From Ranitomeya imitator (lineage: Eukaryota), in contig NC_091289.1 of NCBI RefSeq assembly GCF_032444005.1, positions 179,118,001 through 179,182,000 on the forward strand: a stretch of DNA of 64,000 bases. The letters run 5' to 3'. Shown here piece after piece: positions 13,596-36,880 of the stretch (within the stretch, counting starts at the first letter, position 1; the number at the start of each line of letters is the position of its first letter). Below the pieces are notes generated by a model, which ran no database searches, was not told the DNA's origin, and saw only the letters and a program-made list of their open reading frames with translations. The position numbers were made by a program, and so were the translations under genes.

Positions 13596-13825
13596 GGCAC
13601 GGTGGCTCAGTGGTTAGCATAGCAGCCTTGCAGCGCTGGGGTCCTGGGTTCAAATCCCACCAAGGACAACATCTGTTTTCGTGAGTTTCCTCCGGGTCCT
13701 CCGGTTTCCTCCCACATTCCAAAGACATACTGATAGGGAATTTAGACTGTGAGCCCCATTGAGGACAGCGATGATGACGTGTGCAAACTGTAAAGCGCTG
13801 TGGAATATGTTAGCGCTATATGAAA
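13596..13825 (+). mobile_element. tRNA-derived SINE (V-SINE-like)
   Basis: Pol III A box TGGCTCAGTGG (13603-13613) and B box GGTTCAAATCC (13647-13657), then a central CTCCGGTTTCCTCCCACATTCCAAAGACAT block and a TGTAAAGCGCTG..GCGCTATAT tail. Confidence 0.85.
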
Positions 13826-15011
13826 AGGAAAAAGATGCAGCAATTTACAGTAAGAGATTTCTGGAGTATCATGCAGATGCTGCTTATTTTGTCCTTGCAG
13901 ATTTGAACCATCAAAGCATTTTTTTTATTTTGCAGTGCGTCAATTCTCTGCGTTTTTGCAGCATGTTTCACCCATGTAATTGAATGAGACAAAAACACAT
14001 ACAGTATATCACCCGGCGCTTTTCCTGCCAACACTCGATTTTGTAGCAGAAAAATCTGCTGCGGGTTCTCTACGTGTGCACATAGCGTATGTAAGGCGCT
14101 GATGGCGGGTCCTGTGGGCCACATTTATAACCACGCTTGCCTTTGATGGAGGGAAAGCCACGGTGGCTTCTGTAATAAAGATCATATTTGTTGTCAACTT
14201 TCCTAGAAACAGATCTAAGAGAATCCGAACTTCTTGGAGGAAAACATAAACTCTTTTTTGAGCTCAGTCTGAAATGGTCCCAATCTGCAGCGATCCCCGT
14301 ACGGTGCACTGGGCTCAGCCATGCAGGGGTTAAGGTGCCATCTGCAGGGATAGGGCCACAGTAGATGGGGACCACCCAAGCTGCGGAGAGCTGGGGGTCC
14401 GGCTGTTTGTATCTGTGTATATCAGGGGCTATATGTTTGTAGGATTGTGCGTGCTGCTTATTTGTGCGTCTGTGTTTATGTGTGTGAGAGACAGATGTAT
14501 TTGTATACCTTTCGCTGTATAATTGTACGCTCCTCTGCACACGGGTAATTGTGTGTGTATTTACACAATCGGGCCCAGATGTGTTTCCAGCGCGCTGGGT
14601 GGCGAGATTTGTGTATCTTTCTCTGATAAATGGTATAGATCCTGCCGTGTTTAAGGGAACATCATACAAGTAGACATTGGGCCTTCGCTGATAGCTCAGA
14701 TCCGGGGAAAAAGAGCGCCCCCCCTAGGACCAACTGACCCCTTAATTTACAGGCCCACGATACCTCCACCCAGAGCAAAACGGGAGCCTAAAATCTAAAC
14801 TCTTTTCAGTAATGTAAGTGTCCGGCTCATCATTCCACCTAGAAAGTATTAGTAACGTCGCCCCGTTAGTCCGTGTTCACATGTAGCATAAATGCGTGTA
14901 ATTTCCTCTGCATAAAATCGGATGCATTTAACTGTCGGAGGAAATCTGTTTTTCCTATTTTCTGCTGTCGAAACCTGGGCTGCGTTTTCTAATAAGGTGC
15001 ATCCTATATAT

Positions 15012-15173
15012 CAGGGGTCCCCAACTCCAGTCCTCAAGGCCCACCAACAGGTCATGTTTTCAGGATTTCCTTAGTCTTGCCCAGGTAATAATTGCATCAC
15101 CTGTGCAATGCAAAGGAAATCCTGAAAACATGACCTGTTGGTGGGCCTTGAGGACTGGAGTTGGGGACCCCTG
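15012..15173. mobile_element. hAT-type MITE, uninterrupted 162-bp palindromic copy
   Basis: Same TIRs as 6059-6961, with an 8-bp TSD CTATATAT (15004-15011 and 15174-15181). Confidence 0.92.
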
Positions 15174-15364
15174 CTATATATTATACAATTTGTCTATATT
15201 CCTACAAAATCGCTGACTATGTGAGTGTTCCGAGAAGAATCAATGCTGTTTTGTTCAATGACGAAGTGGGAAATGCCATGAAGAGGCAAGAAAACGTCAC
15301 ATCAGTCCTACCCCCGGGATTACGGTGTGTTGGGGCATAACATATGGTAGCTGGACCCCTCTAC

Positions 15365-15800
15365 AGGCTGGGCCATTTATATGGATACACCTGGGTGGGT
15401 CATTTATAAAGTTGGATCCAAAATGGCTGATTTCAAAATGGCCGCCATGGTCACCACTCATCTTGAAAAGTTTTCCCCCTCCCATATACTAATGTGCCAC
15501 AAATAGGGAGGTGATATCACCAACCATTCCCATTTTATTTAGGTGTATCCATATACATGGCCCTGTAGTCTTCATTCCAGGTACACTAACAGCTCGGTGT
15601 TACATTGATTTGGTCATGAAACCAGTGTTGCGTCCATTTCTCCAGAGTGTCTCAGGAGCCGTTTATTAACACGACAACGCCAGTGAGCATATTACTGGTG
15701 TTAGTCTGAGCATCCTGCGTGGCCTCAACGTGCTCCTATGGCCTGCAAAGTCTCCAGATTTGTCTCATATCAAGCACACCTGGGAAGTCATTGGACGCGT
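15365..15800 (+). mobile_element. Tc1-derived MITE followed by a degraded Tc1 transposase fragment
   Basis: Inverted ends GGGCCATTTATATGGATACACCT / AGGTGTATCCATATACATGGCCC. The downstream sequence encodes degraded DNA(R) and WPAKSPDLS..IKHTW motifs. Confidence 0.55.
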
Positions 15801-16037
15801 TACCAAGCTTTCTTCAACAATGGGACGGACTGAAACGCGTCCTGTTGACTGAATTAAAGACAAATTCACCAGAACATGAGTGCTGCTACTTTATTGAAAT
15901 CTACTATTGGCTTTTCCACAAGCACCACCCTGATTCATTGAGTGCTGATCCACCCTTGGATTTGGTAATTGCACAGGGAGCTGCCAGCAGTGGATCTTGA
16001 TGATCATCCAAGTGCATTCTGCAGCAGAATTTTCCTC

Positions 16038-16384
16038 AAGCTATGTGCACACGTTGCGGATTGTTGTTCTGACTTTTCTGCACTATTTTTGCAAAATCCA
16101 CAGGTAAATCGCATTGCGTTTTACCTGTGGATTTGCTGCGGATTTACCGTGGTTTTTGTGCAGATTCCACCTGCGGATTCCTATTGAGGAGCAGGTGTAA
16201 ACCACTGCAGAATCCGCGCAAAGAATTCACATGATACGGAAAATACAACGCAGTGTTTCCACGCCTTTTTGTCCGCAGCATGTGCACTGCAGATTTTGTT
16301 TTCCATAGGTTTACATGGTACTGTTCACCTCATGGAAAACTGCTGCGGATCCGCAGCAAAATCCGCAACGTGTCCACATAGCCT
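16038..16384. mobile_element. Harbinger-like MITE (older copy)
   Basis: Inverted ends GCTATGTGCACACGTTGCGGA / TCCGCAACGTGTCCACATAGC. A related copy lies at about 29411-29764 in HECTD3 intron 12. Confidence 0.65.
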
Positions 16385-16831
16385 TAGACGACCATTAATT
16401 GCCGAGGCTGAAAGTGCAGGAAATTCTGGACATGATTCTCATACTCCATACTGAATAAACTGAGATGTTAGTGGAAATTTAGTTTCAATTTTTCGCCATT
16501 GATTCAACGATCTATTCATAATTACACAACTTTTCTCTCTTGGTGTTGCAGTTTCAGTGTTGAGGAGGGTATATACTGTATACAGGTGCTTCTCACTAAA
16601 TTAGAATATCATCAAAAACTAATTTATTTCAGTTCTTCAATACAAAAAGTGAATGTCATGTTTGATATAGAGTCATTACAAGCAGAGTGATCTATTTCAC
16701 GTGTGTTTATTTCAGTTAATGTTGATTATGGCTTACAGCCAATGAAAAGCCAAAAGTCATTATCTCAGTAAATTAGAATAATTAACAAACAAAACCTGCA
16801 AAGGCTCCTAAGCGTTTATAAAGGTCCCTTA

Positions 16832-17597
16832 GGGTACCGTCACACTATACCATTTCGATCGCTACGACGGTACGATTCGTGACGTTCCAGCGATATCGTT
16901 ACGATATCGCTGTGTCTGACACGCAGCAGCGATCAGGGATCCTGCTGAGAATCGTACGTCGTAGCAGATCGTATGGAACTTTCTTTCATCGCTGGATCTC
17001 CCGCTGTCATCGCTAGATCGGTGTGTGTGACACCGATCTAGCGATCTAGCGATGCGATCCAGCGATGCGTTCGCTTGTGACCAGGGTAAACATCGGGTAA
17101 CTAAGCGCAGGGCCGCGCTTAGTAACCCGATGTTTACCCTGGTTACAAGCGTAAAACTAAAAAAAAACAAACAGCACATACTTACATTCTGGTGTCCGTC
17201 AGGTCCCGTGCCGTCTGCTTCCCGCACTGTGACTGCCGGCCGTAAAGTGAAAGCAGAGCACAGCGGTGACGTGCTTTCACTTTCACTTTACGGCCGGCAG
17301 TCACAGTGCGGGAAGCAGACGACAAGGGACGTGACGGACACCAGATGTAAGTATGTGCTGTTTGTTTTTTTTTTAGTTTTACGCTTGTAACCAGGGTAAA
17401 CATCGGGTTACTAAGCGCGGTCCTGCGCTTAGTTACCCGATGTTTACCCTGGTTACCCAGGGACCTCGGCATCGTTGGTCGCTGGAGAGCTGTCTGTGTG
17501 ACAGCTCCCAGCGACCACACTACGATTTACCTACGATCACGGCCAGGTCATATCGCTGGTCGTGATCGTAGGTAAATCGTATAGTGTGACGGTACCC
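16832..17597. mobile_element. PIF/Harbinger-type foldback MITE inside Tc1-A
   Basis: Perfect TIR GGGTACCGTCACACT / AGTGTGACGGTACCC with a TTA TSD. It shares internal palindromic modules with 6147-6884. Confidence 0.88.
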
Positions 17598-18821
17598 TTA
17601 GTCTGTTTCAGTAGCTCCACAATCATGGGGAAGACTGCTGACCTGACAGATGTCCAGAAGGCAGTCACTGACACACTCCACAAGGAGGAGAAACCACAAA
17701 AGGTCATTGCTAAAGAAGCCGGCTGTTCACAGAGGGATGTATCCAAGCATATTAATGGAAAGTGGAGAGGAAGCGAAAAGTGTGGTAGAAAAAGGTGCAC
17801 AAGCAACAGGGATAACTGCAGCCGTGACAGGATTGTTAAGCAAAGGCCATTAAAAAAATTGGGGGAGATTCACAAGGAGTGGACTGCTGCTGGAGTCATT
17901 GCTTCAAGAGCCACCAGACACAGACGTGTCCAGGACATGGGCTATAAGTGTCACATTCCTTGTGTCCGGCCACTCATGACCAATAGACACCGCCAGAAGC
18001 GTCTTACCTGGGCCAAGGAGGAAAAGAACTGGACTGTTGTCAGTGGTCCAAGGTGTTGTTTTCAGATGAAAGTAAATTTTGCATTTCATTTGGAAATCAA
18101 GGTCCCAGAGTCTGGAGGAAGAGTGGAGGCCACAATCCAAGCTGCTGGAGGTCTAGTGTGAAGTTTCCACAATCAGTGATGGTTTGGGGAGCCATGTCAT
18201 CTGCTGGTGTAGGTCCACTGTGTTTTATCAAGACCAAAGTCAGCGCAGCCGTCTACCAGGAAATGTTAGAGCCCTTCATGCTTCCCTCTGCTGACAAGCT
18301 TTGTGGAGATGGAAATGTCATTCTCCAGCAGGACTTGGCACCGGTCAACACTGCCAAAAGCACCAATACCTGGTTTACAAACAACAGTATCACAGTGCTT
18401 GATTGGCAGCAAACTCGCCTGACCTTAACCCCATAGAGAATCTATGGAGTATTGTCAGGAGTAAGATGAGAGACACCAGACTCAATGCAGACGAGCTGAA
18501 GGCTGCAATCAAAGCAACCTGGGCTTCCATAACCCCTCAGCAGTGCCACAGGCTGATCGCCTCCATGCCACACAGCATTGATGCAGTAATTGATGCAAAA
18601 GGAGCCCGACCAAGTTTTGAGTGCATTTACTGAACATACATTTCAGTAGGACAAAATTTTAGATTTTAAAATCTTTTTTGAAGCTGGTGTTATAAAGCAT
18701 TCTAATTTACTGATATAATGACTTTTGGGTTTTCATTGGCTGTAAGCCATAATCATCAACATTAACAGAAATAAACACTTGAAATAGATCACTCTGTTTG
18801 TAATGACTCTATATAATATGA

Positions 18822-20992
18822 ATACATATCAGTCCAAACAAATAACCTAAGCACAATAGGTCACACTCCGTATATAACAGCTGTTCCTTAGAACCAAAAA
18901 AAGGGCCCATGAAGTGTATGTAAAACAAAGTTTATTTCAAATACATATCCATAAAATCATGTTAACAATATATAATGGATGCCTCAACAGATCGACTAAC
19001 AACCAACAGCAGAATGACACACTGATTCACATACAGGTATGTACCATAATAGGTATTATAATCATACGGTAACCATAAAACAAATATTCAAATCTAGTCT
19101 AATATAGATCAAGGTGCCATTTATACAAATTAAATGGTACACCCTAGTGACAATCTATAATAGTCACCATCAATAAATATAGTATACTACAGTGTCTATG
19201 TGCATAGTGCTACTCTATTTTGAAAATATAAGGTGCATGGAGTCACATACTAATACCTGTGTGAAGTGTCAATACAGCTCCGTCTCACCCCGACGCGCGT
19301 TTCGCCTATTCTTCCAGGGGCGTGTATTAGTGAGGAGGCCAGGAGGCCTTTTAAATGCCTGTTGTCCTATCAGAATCAAGAGTGCTACTCACCCAACGCT
19401 ATTGCACCTGTGCTCGTGGGGTCCGCGTACATGCTGGGACATGATGGCGCATCACTCATGGAGGAACATCCCACTTCCGGCCAATGGAATGCAAGCGTTC
19501 CACCCAGTGTGAGCAAGGCGGAAGTCAAGCGCCACCAAGTTTTGCCAGCAGCAGAATGTCTAGAGCGGTTAAAACAGCGCATGCGCAAAGTAACCGCATA
19601 GAAATATGTACCTGATCATTGCATGTTGTGTGCGGCGCACATAACAGACGTGATAAATACAAATACAACTTGCTGCAGATGGTGTCACTGTGCATCGGTC
19701 AACTATACAACGCACTTTGCACAAGGAGACGCTGTATGGGAGAGTGATGCGAAAGAAGCCGTTTCTGCAAGCACGCCGCAAACAGAGTCGGCTGAGGTAT
19801 GCAAAAGCACATTTGGAGAAGCCAAATTCTTTTTGGAAGAAGGTCCTGTGGGCTGATGAAACCAAGATTGAGTTGTTTGGTCATACAAAAAGGCGTTATG
19901 CATGGCGGCCAAAAAAAACAGCATTCCAAGAAAAACACTTGCTACCCACAGTAAAATTTGGTGGAGGTTCCATCATGCTTTGGGTCTGTGTGGTCAATGC
20001 CGGCACCGGGAATCTTGTTAAAGTTGAGGGACGCATGGATTCCTCTCAGGATCAGCAGATTCTTGACAATAATGTTCATGAATCAGTGACAAAGTTGAAG
20101 TTACGCAGGGGATGGATCTTTCAGCAAGACAATGATCCAAAACACCGCTCCAAATCTACTCAGGCATTCATGCAGAGGAACAATTACACTGTTCTGGAAT
20201 GGCCATCCCAGTCCCCAGACCTGAATATCATTGAACATCTGTGGGATCATTTGAAGAGGGCTGTCCATGCTCGGCGACCATCAAACGTAACTGAACTGGA
20301 ATTGTTTTGTAAAGAGGAATGGTCAAAAATACCTTCATCCAGGATCCAGGAACTCATTAAAAGCTACAGGAAGCGACTAGAGGCTGTTATTTTTGAAAAA
20401 GGAGGATCTACTAAATATTAATGTCACTTTTCTGGTGGGGTGCCCATGCTTATGCACCTGTCAAATTTTGTTTGAATGCAGATTGCACATTTTCTGTTAC
20501 AATAAACCTCATTTCAAGGCAGAAACATTACTGTGTCCAACAGTTATTAGATATATGAAACTGAAATAGCTGCAAAAAAACCCCAATTTTTATAAAACAT
20601 TAAGCTTAACATTAATAGGCGTGCCCAAACTTTTTCATATAACTAACTGTATACACCCCCTGGAAGAATAGGCGAAACGCGCGTCGGGGGGCGAGACGGA
20701 GCTGAACTGACACTTCACACAGGTATTAGCATGTGACTCCATGCACCTTATATTTTCAAAATAGAGTAGCACTATGCACATAGACACTTTAGTATACTAT
20801 ATTTATTGATGGTGACTATTAATGGCACCTTGATCTATATTAGACTGGATTTGAATATGTTTTATGGTTACCGTATGATTATAATCCCTATTATGGTACA
20901 TACTTGTATGTGAATCAGTGTGTCATTCTGCTGAATGAACTTTAATTGTTTTACATACACTTCATGGGCCCATTTTTTCATTCTATCTAATC
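18822..20992. mobile_element. Inverted-repeat element (Penelope-like fragment suspected) interrupting the right TIR of Tc1-A
   Basis: About 18895-19327 is an inverted copy of about 20652-20975, with small indels. Each inner end carries CCCCTGGAAGAATAGGCGAAACGCGCGTCGGGG. The family assignment is inference. Confidence 0.55.
19670..20649 (+). mobile_element. Tc1 element B, 5'-truncated, with an open DD34E catalytic domain
   Basis: ORF 19690-20421 with LWADETKIE, FQQDNDPKH and SPDLNIIEHLW; 34 residues lie between the second D and the E. The right TIR ends ..tcatataactaactg followed by TA. No left end is present. Confidence 0.9.
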
Positions 20993-22057
20993 TGAGTTTC
21001 ACTTTTTGTATTGAAGAATTGATATAAATTAACTTTTTGATGATATTCTAATTTAGTGAGAAGGTCCTGTATATGGTTTTCTTTTCTGACACCTAGAGCC
21101 ATTATGGTGGATACATTGTATCATCGAGCCGATAGCGGATACATTGTACCATAGAGGCGATACAGGAGGTGGGTGGTCTGCGTTGTCGCTTTATGTGGAT
21201 ATCGCCTTGTATTTACTGCAGTCTTTTATCTCTTCTGCCATCCTGAGCATTTGCCAGACTCTTAGCAGAAGACTTTCCTTGTTTAAATATACAGATACAA
21301 TTCCTCCCAGATTTCTGCGTCAGCGGAAAATAAACATCTGAATCACCGAGAAGCAAAAATCTGCAGTCACCGGCTCGGATGCCGGAACTCATACTCAATG
21401 ATGGAGTATGTGATCCACAGACAGGAGCGGCCCCTGTGCAGGAGCAATATGGGCCCTTTACAGTCCTAGAACTCCTCATAATGCACAATTCCACCTGCTT
21501 TGGAGGTAGCTGTGCCCCCCTTACTTCTCGGACCCCTGTGCAGCTGCACCAATGACATGTCCGCCCCTGATCTAACCTAATCTCATACCTACCATCTATC
21601 CACCGCTCTCTCATCTGTACTATATGTACCTCCATCTTAAAGGGATTTCCCATGTTTACAGTTTGTTGTAAAAGACAACCAAACTTATCTTTACTCACCC
21701 TCCCCTGGTCCAGCGCCGAGTCTCTGCCACTGACCCAGTGTATATTTTTGTCTGCAGCAGTGATATTATGTCAAAAGCACTGCAGACAATCGCTAAGCTC
21801 AGTGGCTATGCCCGAGTTGATGGCATGAGCCGCAGAGTTTCTTCCTTTATAGCTTTAACAGCTCACGCAGTTTGGGAAGATTTTCTACAAGATTTTGGAA
21901 AGAGCAAGTTTCACCCATTCATCCAAAAAAGAATTTTTGAAATCAGGATGCAACGTAAAATAAAAAATAATCGATATTTACCTTGCAATAGAGGAATACC
22001 CCTTTAAGAGGGATGTCCCAAAACTTTTGTCCATATAGTCTATCTGGCGCAATCACG

Positions 22058-22472
22058 GGGTGTGGGCCGTGCGTGGCCCCGGGGTGTGGGGCGTGCGTGG
22101 CCCCGGGGTGTGGGGCGTGCGTGGCCCCGGGGTGTGGGCCGTGCGTGGCCCCGGGGTGTGGGCCGTGCGTGGCCCCGGGGTGTGGGCCGTGCGTGGCCCC
22201 GGGGTGTGGGCCGTGCGTGGCCCCGGGGTGTGGGCCGTGCGTGGCCCCCGGGTGTGGGCCGTGCGTGGCCCCGGGGTGTGGGCCGTGCGTGGCCCCGGGG
22301 TGTGGGCCGTGCGTGGCCCCGGGGTGTGGGCCGTGCGTGGCCCCGGGGTGTGGGGCGTGCGTGGCCCCGGGGTGTGGGGCGTGCGTGGCCCCGGGGTGTG
22401 GGGCGTGCGTGGCCCCGGGGTGTGGGGCGTGCGTGGCCCCGGGGTGTGGGGCGTGCGTGGCCCCGGGGTGTG
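22058..22472 (+). repeat. 24-bp GC-rich minisatellite
   Basis: (GGGGTGTGGGSCGTGCGTGGCCCC) about 17 copies. Confidence 0.95.
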
Positions 22473-22609
22473 ATGTGAGCCACTCATGTCCTCGCTTTAT
22501 ACCACAGACCTCATAGAGCAGCAGTTTTCTGGGAACGACTCGCAGGTGTGCGGCGGCGGCTCCTGGTGCTGACAGCTCTATGTGACTCACACAACACCCT
22601 GAAACTCAC

Positions 22610-22760
22610 GTCATCACGTCCGCCGCACACGCAGAAGGCGACAGACACCAGGACAGACGCACACTGTGCGGCAGGAGATGGACGGAAGCGACTGCGGTTA
22701 TGGAGTAACCAGATCTAGCGCCACCTGCCTCCCAATACATGAACTGCCATCTGCCCAGAA
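22610..22760 (-). promoter_or_regulatory. Orphan promoter-like region and candidate first exon not belonging to any of the three identified genes
   Basis: CpG-rich unique sequence with ETS-like CGGAAG, a pyrimidine-rich start-like CTTCCGTCCATCTC, and ATGAC|GTGAGT donor at 22610/22609 on the minus strand. Confidence 0.4.
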
Positions 22761-23329
22761 CATGCAACAAGTGCCGCAGAATATGCTGGCGATAGGTTCA
22801 TCCATCAAGTCGCCATGGCTAGAGGTCGAGCCGATGGCCACGAAATAAATAATATTAATAAAGACAACTAATATATCCCATTGGACTTCCGCAGATGAAA
22901 TCCATTTATGATGATATCTTCTATTAATACCAGGTGAGTATGTCCATGACGTCTCACCTCTGCCAGTAAGGCCCAGGTTGGGTACTAGTGATGGTTGCTC
23001 CACAGATGGCTCCTCCATTGTCTCTTGTAGTGTGCTGCCCTCTCCTGGTAACATGCTGCAATGACGTCTATTTTACTACATGGTCTTAGGACAGCAGGGG
23101 AGCGATGGAGCAAAGATTTAGGAATCATAATTAGTGCTGCAAATCAGGAGAATTTCTGAATGCAGAAAGAAAATCATATATGATTCTAGTAAATTATAGT
23201 AATATATGTAGATAATTAGGATAGACTGTAATCTAATAGCCATGCATACGCTTAGATGGGCCGGTCCAACTATGAGCTCCACTGTATGCGATATAATCCA
23301 GGTATAGATGCATATAATGTCTAATACAT

Positions 23330-23710
23330 GCTGTGTTATGCTCCAGAGCTGCACTCACTATTCTGCTGGTGCAGTCACTGTGTACATACATTACATTACT
23401 GATCCTGAGTTACATCCTGTATTATACCCCAGAGCTGCACTCACTATTCTGCTGGTGCAGTCACTGTGTACATACATTACATTACTGATCCTGAGTTACA
23501 TCCTGTATTATACTCCAGAGCTGCACTCACTATTCTGCTGGTGCAGTCACTGTGTACATACATTACATTACTGATCCTGAGTTACATCCTGTATTATACT
23601 CCAGAGCTGCACTCACTATTCTGCTGGTGCAGTCACTGTGTACATACATTACATTACTGATCCTGAGTTACATCCTGTATTATACTCCAGAGCTGCACTC
23701 ACTATTCTAG
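23330..23710 (+). repeat. 86-bp tandem repeat array downstream of HECTD3
   Basis: Same unit; the period measured from 23401 to 23487 is 86; about 4.5 copies. Confidence 0.95.
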
Positions 23711-24129
23711 TTGTTATTAGAAACAGTCATTAATCTCCGCAGAGACTGAACAAGAAGGGACTGCTGTGAGGCTTCAGCTGTAAACATTTGCTTGCAGACA
23801 TTATAGAGGTAAGACACAGAAGACCTACTAGAATCCCTTTATAACAAGAGCCCGAGCCACAGATGCCATGCTGCAGGTGGCGCCCCCTCTAGGTTGGTAT
23901 AACAGACGCAGGTTTACATTTGGTTCTTGTATTTTCTCAGATACAGTCAGAGCAATATACAAAAATAAAAATGACACACGCACAGCCCGCGCCGGGACGT
24001 CTGCACAGGAGCCGGGCGTCAGCGAAGCGTCTCTGGTGAAATTACTGGTATTAAAAGTCCATAGAGGAAAAACATAAATAAAGCGCGGTTCTCCCGGCCC
24101 CACGGACGAGCGTCGGATCAGCCCCCATC

Positions 24130-36008
<11,879 letters not shown>

Positions 36009-36129
36009 GGCTGCAGCGTTCACAGGAAATGGGGCGAAGGGGCCCCAAAAACTTCACTGTAAGGGAGACAATGAGAATACATGTAATACATGACAACAAA
36101 GGATCAAGGAGACATGAAGTGCAGGTCGA

Positions 36130-36880
36130 GGAAAGGTGGAGATGCCCTAGATGGTGGAGGTGCCCTAGATGGGGGAGGTGCCTACCTGGTGGAGATGCCC
36201 TAGATAGGTCGGTGCCCTAGAATGTGGAGGTGTCCTACATGGTACAGGTACCCTACATGGTGGAAGTGACCTAGATTGTGGATGTGCCATACATGGTGGA
36301 GGTGCCCTAGACGGTGGAGGTGCTCTAGACAGTAGAGGTGCCCTAGACAGTAGAGGTGCCATACATGGTGGAGGTGCCCTAGAGGGTGGAGGTGCCCTAC
36401 ATGGTGGAGATGCCCTAGAGGGTGGAGGTGCTCTAGACAGTAGAGGTGTCATACATGGTGGAGGTGCCCTAGAGTGTGGAGGTGCCCTACATGGTGGAGG
36501 TGCCCTAGAGGGTGGAGGTGCCCTACATGGTGGAGGTGCTCTAGACAGTAGAGGTGTCATACATGGTGGAGGTGCCCTACATGGTGGAGGTGCCCTAGAC
36601 GGTGGAGGTGCTCTAGACAGTAGAGGTGTCATACATGGTGGAGGTGCCCTACATGGTGGAGGTGCCCTAGACGGTGGAGGTGCTCTAGACAGTAGAGGTG
36701 CCCTAGACGGTAGAGGTGCCATACATGGTGGAGGTGCCCTAGAGGGTGGAGGTGCCCTAGACGGTGGAGGTGCTCTAGACAGTAGAGGTGTCATACATGG
36801 TGGAGGTGCCCTAGAGGGTGGAGGTGCCCTAGACGGTAGAGGTGCCATACATGGTGCAGGTGCGCTAGACGGTGGAGGCA
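36130..36880 (+). repeat. 21-bp minisatellite upstream of the HECTD3 ATG exon
   Basis: (GGTGGAGGTGCCCTAGAC/ACAT..) about 35 copies. Confidence 0.92.

Larger units (their letters stand above)
16583..21069 (+). mobile_element. Tc1/mariner element A with long TIRs, transposase pseudogene and two nested insertions
   Basis: TA-flanked termini CAGGTGCTTCTCAC / GTGAGAAGGTCCTG. Long inverted repeats at about 16583-16790 match 18700-18821 plus 20993-21069. Transposase 17625-18633 (MGKTADLT..; LFSDESKF; QQDLAP; NSPDLNPIENLW) is split by two frameshifts. Confidence 0.9.

Noticed and set aside
13596-13670. tRNA gene
   Set aside because: A and B boxes are present, but there is no complete cloverleaf and the sequence continues into a SINE body.
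21943-22590. Cys/Pro-rich (PGCGPCVA)n and (HPGATHAP)n ORFs resembling keratin-associated or metallothionein-like proteins
   Set aside because: The 24-bp repeat is open in multiple frames on both strands, and there is no supporting gene structure.
22885-22940. Plus-strand exon-like segment (ttccgcag|..ccag|gtgagt) containing ATGATGA
   Set aside because: It has stops in all three frames and no matching D box for a C/D snoRNA; there is not enough evidence for a feature.
36009-36023. ORF-track start of HECTD3 at 36023 (MNAAAMQD)
   Set aside because: That start is a GTG. The first ATG, in a good context (GCAGCCATGC), is at 36008.
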